Origin: Podarcis bocagei
Taxonomy: Eukaryota
DNA: 64,000 nucleotides
Direction: 5' to 3' (one strand)
Assembly: GCA_964188305.1 (NCBI GenBank)
Contig: OZ076894.1
Part shown: positions 51,204 to 61,609 of the stretch, piece by piece
Layout: the number at the start of each line of letters is the position of its first letter
Position numbering within the stretch: the stretch's first letter is position 1
The notes under the pieces: generated by a model
What the model was told of the DNA's origin: nothing
Database searches by the model: none
The model's input: only the letters and a program-made list of their open reading frames with translations
Made by a program: the position numbers and the translations under genes

Positions 51204-53184
51204 CTTTTAAAAAAAGGAAAAGTGTTTTATTAGCCAATTATTATCTTTAGCAATCATAGTTTTCTAACTGAACAAGTGCTAGAGATACCACTTTTGAAAC
51301 AGCTCTCTGTTTTTCTGAAGTTACATAGAATTACATATATAAAAGGAAATGTGGTAGTTTAAATTATTGCCCCTAGGGTGAATATAAAGGGCAGGGGGGA
51401 ATGGAACCAGGGAAACTGGAGTGCTGGAAACACTAAAACTGAACGCTAAAAACAATATTTTTATTTTCATTTCATTTAGTCCAAGAGCACATGTTTGTAA
51501 TGGTCCTGATTCAGTTAATGTTAGTCATGACTAAAGGTGGAATCCTAACCATGTCTACTCAGAAGTAAGCCACACTGAATTCAGTGGGGCTTACTCCCAG
51601 GTAGGCGGTGTTAGGATTGCAGCACAAGTTAATTGTGCTAAGTTGTTCCATTGGTTTTAATGGGACTGAGTCACGACTATAATTCTGGGTGAATCTGGCA
51701 CTTAGAAATCATATATTTCTAAACATAAAATATGCCAATGCTAAATAAAGGTAAGATCTTTTCCAATATGACACAGATTAATGTTTGCTATTATTTTTCT
51801 ATCAGAATAGCAAGTCTCTTTGGGGGGAAACCATAGAAATCAATAGAAAAAGTTATCTGGTGTTGAAAAAATATATTACAGAGTTCAAAACTGCAGACTA
51901 GAGGGATTAGTAGAAGTTGGTATTAGAAACATCAGAATGTCAATACTTTTCTAATATATTTGCTGCTCCACTTGTATTTTATGACTGTACCTCTTGTAAA
52001 TAATTATGGTCTTCTCTACTGTCCCTAAAACTTATTGTAAAGGTAGACATAAAGACACATTTTTAGGTGTATAATACTGATACTTATGTTCTTAGAATAA
52101 GCTCCTTATTGTGAAGATATAGTATAAAAAACATTTCGGGATGCTTCTAGACACCTGCTTATTCTAGGATTGGAGCTACAATATATACAATGCATGTCAT
52201 CAAATTGCCAGTTGTATTTCCCCCATCTAATCCAGAATTACACTTTCCCAGGAAAAATCTGAAAAATACATAATACATAAACAAACAACCCATTTATGAT
52301 ATCTTAACTGTTTGAAAGGACGCTTTCTATGAATGTTTACTCAGAATTAAGTCCCTGTCCCCCTCAGCACTGAGGAGAGTGGCCATGGTGGCCTGGTGCG
52401 GTCATGGCAGGGTGCGACTTCCTCCCCTCAGCTTCAGCATGGCAGGAGGGGAAGCTTCTGTCTCCTCTCGCCTCAGTGACTGCTAGGACATGCTCGCAAG
52501 GTTCAGCAGCCAATTGCAAGCAAGTGGACCAGAGGGAGTACTTCCTCCTGGTCAGCTTTCTGGTCATAAAAGCTCAGGCCTCAGTCAACATTGGATTCTC
52601 GACCCTCTGTCCCTTGTTAATGTGGCTTAATGGGCTGCCTGAGGGAAAGTGAGCATGACCTTGCTGGACCTTGCTATGGAAGTACATGGGTCACCATATT
52701 TGGGGCCAGCGAAGAATTCTCCCTGCAGACCAATTAGGCCTGTCTGCAGGGATTTGCCTGCGCCAGAGCAATTAACATAACTTCCTGGTGGATAATGCAT
52801 TGGGTTTGATCAGTCTGGGAGGCCAGGGGATGCCCCTCCTTGCTCTGCTGTCATGCAGTATCTCCTTAAAGGAGCCTGGGGTGCTACACATCCAGACTTC
52901 CATCTTGGGGGCTGATGGGCCATAATGTCCCCCCAACAGTGATCATGGGGGTCTCCTGTATGTGATGCACATTGCAAGGTGACCCTTAACCTTGATCAAA
53001 CAGCAGTAACACTGGTTGATTTCAAGCTACTTACCCAAGGCCTACTCCAGAAGCTGCTGACATCTGTTATCAATAGAAGTTGTGGCCTGATTAAATCCCA
53101 ATACTTCTGCCTTGTGTTTTTATTGTGTGTATGCCCTCAGCCTTGGCTCCACTGCCCCTGGGTCTGCAACGGTACTGATTTCAA

Positions 53185-53860
53185 ACATTCTCCCCTCCTG
53201 TGTTCAGCAACTGGTATTATGAAGTATTGCTGCCTCCAACCGTGGAGGCAGAACATACTGTATTTTTCGCTCTATAAGACGCACTTTTCCCCTCCTAAAA
53301 AGTAAGGGGAAATGTGTGTGCCTCTTATGGAGCGAATGCACACGGGAGGCTCTGGTCAGCGCTCCCTTTAAAAAGCCCCGTGGAGCGGGAGAGAGGCTTT
53401 AAAAAGCCCCATGCCGGGGAGAGGCTGCACCAGAAGCCGGGACAGCCAGCGGGATCGCAGCACAGCGATCCCGCCTGCTGTCCTGGCTTCTGGGATTCAG
53501 AATCCCCCCCCCCCGTTTTCCTCTTCCAAAAACTAGGGGTATCTTATGGTCTGGTGTGCCTTATAGAGCGAAAAATACGGTAGCTATCATGGCTAACAAA
53601 TAGCTATCAATAGCTCTCTCCTCCATGAATTTTAGTCCTCTGTTAAGGCAATCTCGGTTGGTTGCAGTCACCACCTCCTGTGGGAGGAAGTGTCATAATT
53701 TACTTATGTGTTGCGTTTAGAAGTACTTTCTTTTTATCTGTCTTGTATCTCTCAACATTCAGCATCACTGGATATCCATGAGTTCTAGTATTATGAGAGG
53801 GAGAACAACTTTATCTACTTTCTCTATGCCATGCATGATTTTATAAACTTCTATCATGGT
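53185..53860 (-). mobile_element. CR1-type LINE fragment interrupted by a MITE
   Basis: CAGCAACTGGTATT...GTGGAGGCAGAACATA [MITE] GCTATCATGGCTA...CCTCCATGAATTT is collinear with the reverse complement of the 34050 fragment. Confidence 0.65.
53258..53580. mobile_element. Tc1/mariner (Tc2-like) MITE
   Basis: About 26-bp TIRs CTGTATTTTTCGCTCTATAAGACGCAC / GTGCCTTATAGAGCGAAAAATACGG; TA TSD. Confidence 0.88.
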
Positions 53861-53900
53861 CCCCCTAAAACAACAAATAGATCTGTTTTTTTAAAAATAC

Positions 53901-54055
53901 CTGACTGATGTGCATGCTGGTATCACATGTTAAAGGTCTAGCTGAAGTCAGATCATTTGAGCCAAGTAATGTTGATATGATTCCATTCTGGTCCACTTTC
54001 CTGATCATAGTCCCATCAACAAAGTAGATTAATCCATTTTTGTCTACTGCCACTC
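53901..54055 (-). CDS. TENM3: Teneurin-3 exon ([15 protein letters not shown]...MHISQ; NHL repeats)
   Basis: Acceptor tatccaag|GA, donor CAG|gtattt; 155 nt, phase 1 to phase 0. Confidence 0.95.
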
Positions 54056-54660
54056 CTTGGATAAAGAAACAAAACACAACACCAAGAGCTTGTTACTTGT
54101 TTTTGATCAAAACTATTCAACCTGTTTTCCTGCTCTGTTTGTTCATCTTTTCCCACAAAACCAGAAAATTTGTCTGAAAATATTAACAAAAATGACAGGT
54201 TTTAAACATCACATGCAACCTCATGAGGTTTAACTGGTTAAAATTTAGATATTAATGTATGGTACTTTATTAAACATAGCTAGTAGATTAGAACAACATG
54301 TATGAAAGGAAAACATTCTGCATGTGGGGGGTGAAATCCAAAAAGCACTGCTCCTAATGGACTCATTTAAATATTGCTTCTGGACTGGACCCTTTGCAAT
54401 TTGCTCAGTATGAAGTCTTTGTGGCATAACTAGAATGTGAAAAAATATTTATAATGAATTATAATAAATCACTAATGTTCAGTGGGGATGGGGAACTAAA
54501 AACCTCACTTTTTGTAGTTATACTTTTGGATAGCTTTGCCATTCACAAACTGAAAACAAGCTTTTGGAAACACTGAATAAATAACTAGATAGCATGAAAT
54601 GCTCTTGTGTGTGCTGACTGAACTGTGTTTTGCTCTTCATAAATTGACAGTTTCCTCCAC

Positions 54661-54893
54661 CTTTGGGGCTCATGAGGGTCGCTTCTACAGCCTTGCCACC
54701 ATCACCACATCTGGCTTCGTCAAATGGAAGGCACTGCTCCCCAGTTCCTGCTACCACTTCAGCATTTTTTGTCAAGTCCTTTGCCCCAGTGAGTGACTTT
54801 GGACGGTAAATCCTTCGTGTGTTGGTGTCAGAAACATACAATTCTCCTGTGACTGGGTCAGTTGCAAGGTAGTATCTATGAGCCGGGTTACTG
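54661..54893 (-). CDS. TENM3: Teneurin-3 exon ([14 protein letters not shown]...TLMSPKG; NHL repeats)
   Basis: Acceptor tctgcag|CAGTAAC (alternative AG 3 nt downstream), donor G|gtggag; 233 nt, phase 2 to phase 1. Confidence 0.94.
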
Positions 54894-55376
54894 CTGCAGA
54901 AAGGGAAACAACACGTTTTAGCACAGTAAGCAATATTCACTATTACATTTCAAAAGACAGTCTATCAGTTGGACTTAGAAAGCAAATAATTGAAGCAAGC
55001 AACCCCTGTTGCCATTCAAAAGTTAGAGTGAAGAAGGCAGCCATAGCTGAGTGTGGTGGAAGTGATCTTAACACACATTCTTAGTCTTGGGGACCAACAG
55101 CTCTGAATGTAGCAAATCTGTGTTCAAACCATTTTTATTGCACTGCAGTGTCCATCTCACTTCACCCCTAGTCATAATGGTATCAAAAAGGCCCAATAAA
55201 AACATGGTATGCTTGCTTCTTACTTTCTGCAAAGTATTTTCAAGGGTGGGAGGGGGAACAGAAAGTGTTGCTGTTGTTTTAAACACATTGTATGTTATGT
55301 GTGAACTCTGCTGACTCTGAAAAGAGAATGTGTAAGCGAAAATCAGTGGTTTTGTTTGAAGTAAGTGTTTAATGAA

Positions 55377-55730
55377 GGGACGCGGGTGGTGCTGTGGGTT
55401 AAACCACAGAGCCTAGGACTGCCGATCAGAAGGTCGGCAGTTTGAATCCCCGCAACAGGGTGAGCTCCCGTTGCTTGGTCCTAGCTCCTGCCAACCTAGC
55501 AGTTCGAAAGCACGTCAAAGTGCAAGTAGATAAATAGGTACCACTCCGGTGGGAAGGTAAACAGTGTTTCCGTGTGCTGCTCTGGTTCGCCAGAAGCGGC
55601 TTAGTCATGCTGGCCACATGACGCGGAAGCTGTACGCCGGCTCCCTTGGCCAATAAAGCGAGATGAGTGCCGCAACCCCAGAGTCGGCCACTACTGGACC
55701 TAATGGTCAGGGGTCCCTTTACCTTTACCT
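55377..55730 (+). mobile_element. Full-length Sauria SINE (Squam1, lacertid type)
   Basis: GGGACGCGGGTGG head with A and B boxes, conserved body GTGCAAGTAGATAAATAGGTACC, (ACCTTT)n tail. Confidence 0.93.
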
Positions 55731-58700
55731 AAGTGTAATGTTGGTTAGTTAAAAGTTGGTTAGTGTATTGTTGTTTTGCAATTGAGAAACAGTCAAATAA
55801 ATACATATTTTTAAAAGACGGGAGGAGTGTTGATGTATGGATTCTTCCACCTTGTGGAAAGGTAATGGAATAAACACCGTTTTGGTTCCTTTTAATTATA
55901 TAAATGTGCAAACGTCATTTTGAGTATTACCTTCAAATCAACAGCACTGGATTAGATCACTCTACAGCCTATGTTTTTCAAATTGCACCTATGTCACTAA
56001 CTATATTATTTCAAGTAATCTAGGCCACTTGAGTACATGATGCATAATATTCATAAACAGAAGAGACTGTTCATGCTACTGATTGGAAGGCATGTGATTA
56101 CTGGATGTGATTTAACAGGTCAGATGGCATGTTTTAGAAGTAGTTCAGTTTCTTGTCTTAAGTCACCTTAAATCATTGCAAACTTTCACATAAAACTACC
56201 GAATATGCTGGACCATCCTTCTATGAAATAAAGCCACTTTTCAAAAAACATAGAGCACATGACACCACAAACCTTATACAACTGAAACATTTCTCTCCTA
56301 TGGAATGAGTAGCTCTAGAGAATACATTTGTTGCTCAAAGATACAATCCAGAAGCTTAATTAGTTGCATCTATGACAGAGGATCTGAGTTATGGTGCTCA
56401 GAACTGAAATGAATATATAGATGGCAGTGCTAGTGCCTGCTAACACAGAGCCCAAGCGCCATGGCAGTCAGTTGCATCTCTAATGTGTTTGCAAATGCAG
56501 TGCTAAAATGTACCTACCAATCTTGGTGATATCTGAGCATCTGTTCACAAAACGTAGTGCCTCGTATTTCATAAATATAACACAGTGCTAATGTACTTCT
56601 GTTTGCAAAAGGCAACCGAGGCCAACATAAACAAGTTGTGAACAAATTACATCTTGGAGCACAGACATTTCTGAAGTATACAACTAAAGCAATGTAACAT
56701 CCAAAACAAAATAAAACAGCAGCAGAATAGGCACAAAATAAAAAAGCAACATGGTATAACAATACTGTGAAAGAGCTAAAACCACTAAACATTTTTAAAG
56801 ACTGAAAAGCCCAGGAAACCATAAAGGTCTTCACCTGGCACCTTTAGGTAGGTTATTCAATTACTAGGGAGCCACCACAAAAAAGTCCTATCTCTACCTC
56901 ATCACATTTAGCATGGGAACTTGAAGAAGCACCTCTATGTAGATGACTTTAGGACCCAAGCAAGTGGTGGAGTTGATTGTCAGGTAACCTGGTCCAAAGC
57001 AGAGGGAAATTTAGGGCAGTGCGACTGGTTCCACTGCACTGGATACGGAGTCTAGGGGGTGCTGCAGGGCTTCACGACTAGGAAGTAGTCAATTGAGCAG
57101 GAAAAGGGTTTTTATTTGCCTTTTTTAAACTTCTGAATGCTCTGTTAACTAGATTTAGCTTTTCTCTATTTCTGAGAACTAGCCACGTAACTTAAAAGAG
57201 GTTTTTGTGCAACCCTGAACCTAAACTATGATGGTAATAATAGATTTGAAAAGATATATGTGCCTTTTTATATATGTACTTTTAATCTCTGTTCATTAAT
57301 GTGCTTATTTGTTATATGCAATTCTTTTTTTGAACAGCACCAGGTGTATGGATAGTGCTTTAATTATTGGCATAAACAAATCTTTATATAAAATCCAACT
57401 TTGGATAAGTTTCAGGGCAATTAGTTTGGTTGCAGAATGATGAACAGTTTGAAATTAAAGCTTAAAACACATAATTTGCAGTATATTGTGGTTGGTTGGA
57501 TTTTTAACCAATGTACTCCATCATTGATAAAAGGAGAAAGTGAACACGCAACATACACACCCAAATTATTATTTGCATGGTGAAAAAGAATGGCCCCAAA
57601 TAGTATATTAATGTAAGGAAAGTTATCTTTGGAGTATTATAGGTGGAGAAATTTTAACTTATATGGTAGAAATGGTCTGTACAGCTTTAGGTAGAGACCT
57701 ACATGAGTGAATGCCGTATCCTGCTCCCCTGCCAAAAAAAACCGCACAAAGAAAACACGATGTCAGGGACAAAACTAGAACCTGTCTCCCTAACATGTTA
57801 TGTTTCTACGTGGGGGAAATTTCTGTACAGCAGAGCATTCAATAATCTGGAGCCCCACGTGCATCATGAAAAGGTACAGCTGAGGAATTAGTTTACTACC
57901 TCAGCCTTGGTTGGGGAAAGATGTCAAATGATCAATGTTCATAGTTATATAACTGCCCTGTAAACAATTAAGAACAAATGCTCAATAAAGATGGGACATA
58001 GTCTAACCACTGTGTAAGCTTTATACCAGCATATGAGGATGAATGCTGAATGAACAAGTCATCTGATTTCTTTGCCATTAGGATTATTAAATCAATGAAA
58101 ATGTGTGGATAATTCTAGTGGAGGCTCCTGACAAGTACAACATTTATAACATGAGTAGAGAAATCATTTTAGTACAATTTTGAAAATGACACTAGCTGTG
58201 CTATTGCCTGCCCCGCACAAGGTAGATGAATCTCTGAAGAATAATCATTAGCATGCTCCATGAGAATCCACGGCACTGAAAATAACCTCAACTCAGGAGA
58301 CTTCAAAGACTCTGCGCTCTAGAGATTGACAATAATAATCTTGGCTGGCTGTAAAATGGCTGTTTTTGACTAACATGGGATATTCCCTTCTTTCTATTGA
58401 AACAAAATCTTTACCTTAATGTAGGCATTACAGGGCATACTTGGTGTAGTAAAAATCCTTCATAGACAGAAAAATATCCAGTCTCTGCTACTGCAGTTGC
58501 CTCTGCAGCTCTTTATACATCTTTGTATTTCTCTAGGGAATCTCTGTAGTAGTAGACTAATCTCAAAGATGTTGAACTCAACATTAATACACAATTGCCT
58601 GCTTCCCTCTAGAAATGTCCTTTGTAGCAGAACCACACTAGTCTATCCAGGAAGTGCAACTCATATAACATTGAACATGCAACTGTTTTTGCCTGTAGTT

Positions 58701-59630
58701 CTCCAAAGGCTAAAGACTTTCCCCACTAAAGACAAGTGGATTACTCCAGAAGAATGATATATGGATCACACATTCACTTTCCCTAGTCCAGTATTTGAGA
58801 GTACGAGTGCTGTATAATATAGTTAAATCACAGAAAATGGGTATGACTTAACATATGTTCTTAATTCCCCAATATGCTTAGCAACAGATGAACAACAGAA
58901 TGAAGGGAGCCATGTGTAACAACTTTTGAATGCATGTCATATTTTGCATTTGGTATAATATTAAAATGTGAATTTACAAAGTATTCTATCTAATGACTGT
59001 TAAAGCATCAGCTGGTTTCAATGGACAGAGGGCACTGGTTGTTGTTGTTTTTTAAAAGCAATAATGAACCTTCAGAATGATATGAGAACAGCTGACAGCT
59101 ATGCTTATAATTTAAAATAAGGGTGCATATTATATTTAGTCATGGAGAAAATGCTACTTGCCGACACTACACAAAGCAACATATGTGAAACATTAATTCT
59201 GAAATATAAAAAACCTTTCACAGTTAAGGAAGAAAACACACATGAGGCAGTAGAACCAGAAGCCCGAGTGAATTTCAACAGAAACCAGACGTAATAAAAT
59301 AAAATGTAGGTCTCTGGGGATTTGTGTAAGAGGGGGAGAAAGACCAAAAATAAAGACGAAGCATGCATGATAATAAGGGGGGTTTCTTAATGTCACCCCC
59401 CATTACAGCAGTGATGTAATGCATGTGTCTAGCAAATAATTTCAGACTGAACTCTGCCCACTTCATTCTAGCTAGTGGCAGTCACTGTGATCACAGAACA
59501 GAAAGCAAAGCGCTGTCCATGCTGTTTTATCACCCTCTTCTTTAAAGATATGCCTAGCCGTAATTCAGTGTGAATCATCTACACTTTGCTCTTATGAAGA
59601 TAGGATGTTGCCATGTCATATACTGAGTTA

Positions 59631-59983
59631 AAGGTAAAGGGACCCCTGACCACTGGGTCCAGTCGTGGCTGACTCTGGGGTTGCGGCGCTCATTTCGCTT
59701 TATTGGCCGAGGGAGCCGGCGTACAGCTTCCGGGTCATGTGGCCAGCATGACTAAGCCGCTTCTGGCGAACCAGAGCAGCGCACAGAAACGCCGTTTACC
59801 TTCCCGCCGGAGCGGTACCTATTTATCTACTTGCACTTTTGACGTGCTTTTGAACTTCTAGGTTGGCAGGAGCAGGGACTGAGCAACAGGAGCTCACCCC
59901 GTCACGGGGATTCGAACCGCCAACCTTCTGATATCATCAAGTCCTAGGCTCTGTGGTTTAACCCACAATGCCACCCGCGTCCC
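59631..59983 (-). mobile_element. Full-length Sauria SINE
   Basis: Reverse complement of the 55377 copy; flanked by TSD tatactgagtta. Confidence 0.93.
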
Positions 59984-59995
59984 TATACTGAGTTA

Positions 59996-60203
59996 AAGGT
60001 AAAGGGACCCCTGACCATTAGGTCCAGTCGTGGCCGACTCTGGGGTTGCAGCGCCCATCTTGCTTTATTGGTCAAGGGAGCCGGCGTACAGCTTCCAGGT
60101 CATGTGGCCAGCATGACTAAGCCGCTTCTGGCGAACCAGAGCAGCGCACGGAAACGCCGTTTACCTTCCCGCCAGAGCAGTACCTATTTATCTACTATTT
60201 ATC
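59996..60203 (-). mobile_element. 5'-truncated Sauria SINE
   Basis: 3' part only, up to TACCTATTTATCTACT; flanked by the same TSD tatactgagtta. Confidence 0.9.
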
Positions 60204-60978
60204 TATACTGAGTTAGACCTTGGCTAATGTATTTGTCTGCAGTGACTGATGCTCTCTCTCTGGAATCCGAGATACGAGTCTTCCTTAGCGCTACCTGGAG
60301 ATGCCAGGGATTGTTCTGCCATTGAGCCACATAGCTGGTTTTGTTCTCCACTGCTAAGTGGCGCAGGCATGCTGCACACATAACATGCCCATCACTGGAT
60401 TTCTGTATCAGTGGTTATTATAAACCTGGCAGCTGAATGTTTGAATTGACTCCACTGAAACACACAGCATTTCAGGTGATGCAAAGACAAAATGAAAGTT
60501 CTGTCTGTGGCATTCAGGGCAAGGATAGAACAATGAAAAGGAAAGGATGTTGGTGAATGAGTGAGGCAGGGATTACATAAGCACATCAAGGAGGAAAAAT
60601 AGGAGCAATACCTTACAGACAGGCTGGAAATGGAAAACAAAAAGTGATGGGGCGCAAGCAATGTTTTTATTTATTTATCTAGTCATTTCAGACATTTATA
60701 CTCTATCCTTTAAATGACTTTCCTGGGATGCCTTATGATAAAATATAAATATTTTAACTAGGACAGGGAAAGAATTTGGGTTATGTTGAATAGTAGCAAT
60801 CTTCCAAACTTACACCTCTCTATGATTTAAGGCAAAAATAGTCATTTTTATAGAGCACTCCTTCCTTATGATCGTAACAATTTTTATAGCACTTCAATCT
60901 ATTGAATTTATTTGTTCATTCTTTTTTAAAGGAAAGAACACTTTGAACAAAAAGTACGAACATGCTTAAAATGCTTAC

Positions 60979-60999
60979 CTATGTCTAAAATCTTTATTT
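60979..60999 (-). CDS. TENM3: Teneurin-3 alternative 21-nt microexon (splice insert B, R-NKDFRH-S)
   Basis: Minus strand reads ccaccaag|AAATAAAGATTTTAGACATAG|gtaagc. It is frame-preserving (phase 2-2) and encodes the known teneurin site-B peptide NKDFRHS. Not in the ORF track. Confidence 0.93.
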
Positions 61000-61359
61000 C
61001 TTGGTGGGAAGGCAAGGAAAGGAAGAGCAAAAAAAACAGTATTAGAAAAAAAGTTAGATGAAAAGTTGTTAAAAGAGGGAACAGTAAATAGGTAAAGGTG
61101 CTGATAAGGTTGCTGATTGTAATTCCATTCAGTCATTTTTTATCATCTGAATAGCTGAGATATTTTGACAGCTATCTCCATGAGTAAATGGCTTGAGAAA
61201 ATGTCCCATCTTTCTTCAACCTCATTTTAAAATATTATTTTTAAAGCATTTGCATTTTTATTACAGTGTTCAGGTGTATATGGAAACATGGTATCATAAA
61301 ATGACTGATTCACCACATAATCTCAAAACCAAATTTTTTAGGAGTAGGTAAAGATATAC

Positions 61360-61609
61360 CTTAGTTCAAGAACACTTGTTACATTTCCAGATGGGAATAT
61401 CCGTCGAACATAGTTAAAATCCCCTACGTACAGGCTTCCATCAATACCGCAAGCTAAGGCAACGGGAGCCAAAAGCTTATTGCCGTCTGCTTGACCATTG
61501 CAACTTGGGCAAGAAATGCTACGTCGTCGACCATTGCCCATTATACTACTGACAACTGGTGGCTGCTGAGAGATGAACTGATTTTCCCCATTGCCTTTGT
61601 AGAGGATTC
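61360..61609 (-). CDS. TENM3: Teneurin-3 coding exon ([12 protein letters not shown]...VTSVLELR; start of NHL beta-propeller); upstream exons lie beyond the window
   Basis: Translation matches teneurin-3; acceptor ttctccag|GA, donor AG|gtatat; 250 nt, phase 1 to phase 2. Confidence 0.96.

Larger units (their letters stand above)
59597..60330 (-). mobile_element. Old Squam3-like SINE split by the two Sauria SINEs
   Basis: Joined flanks AAGATAGGATGTTGCC..TATACTGAGTTAGACCTTGG...CTACCTGGAGATGCCAGGGATTG...CATTGAGCCAC resemble the 33716 copy. Confidence 0.62.

Noticed and set aside
59619-60215. CRISPR-like repeat-spacer pattern of three 12-bp direct repeats
   Set aside because: The repeats are target-site duplications and the spacers are SINE copies; eukaryotic context with no cas genes.
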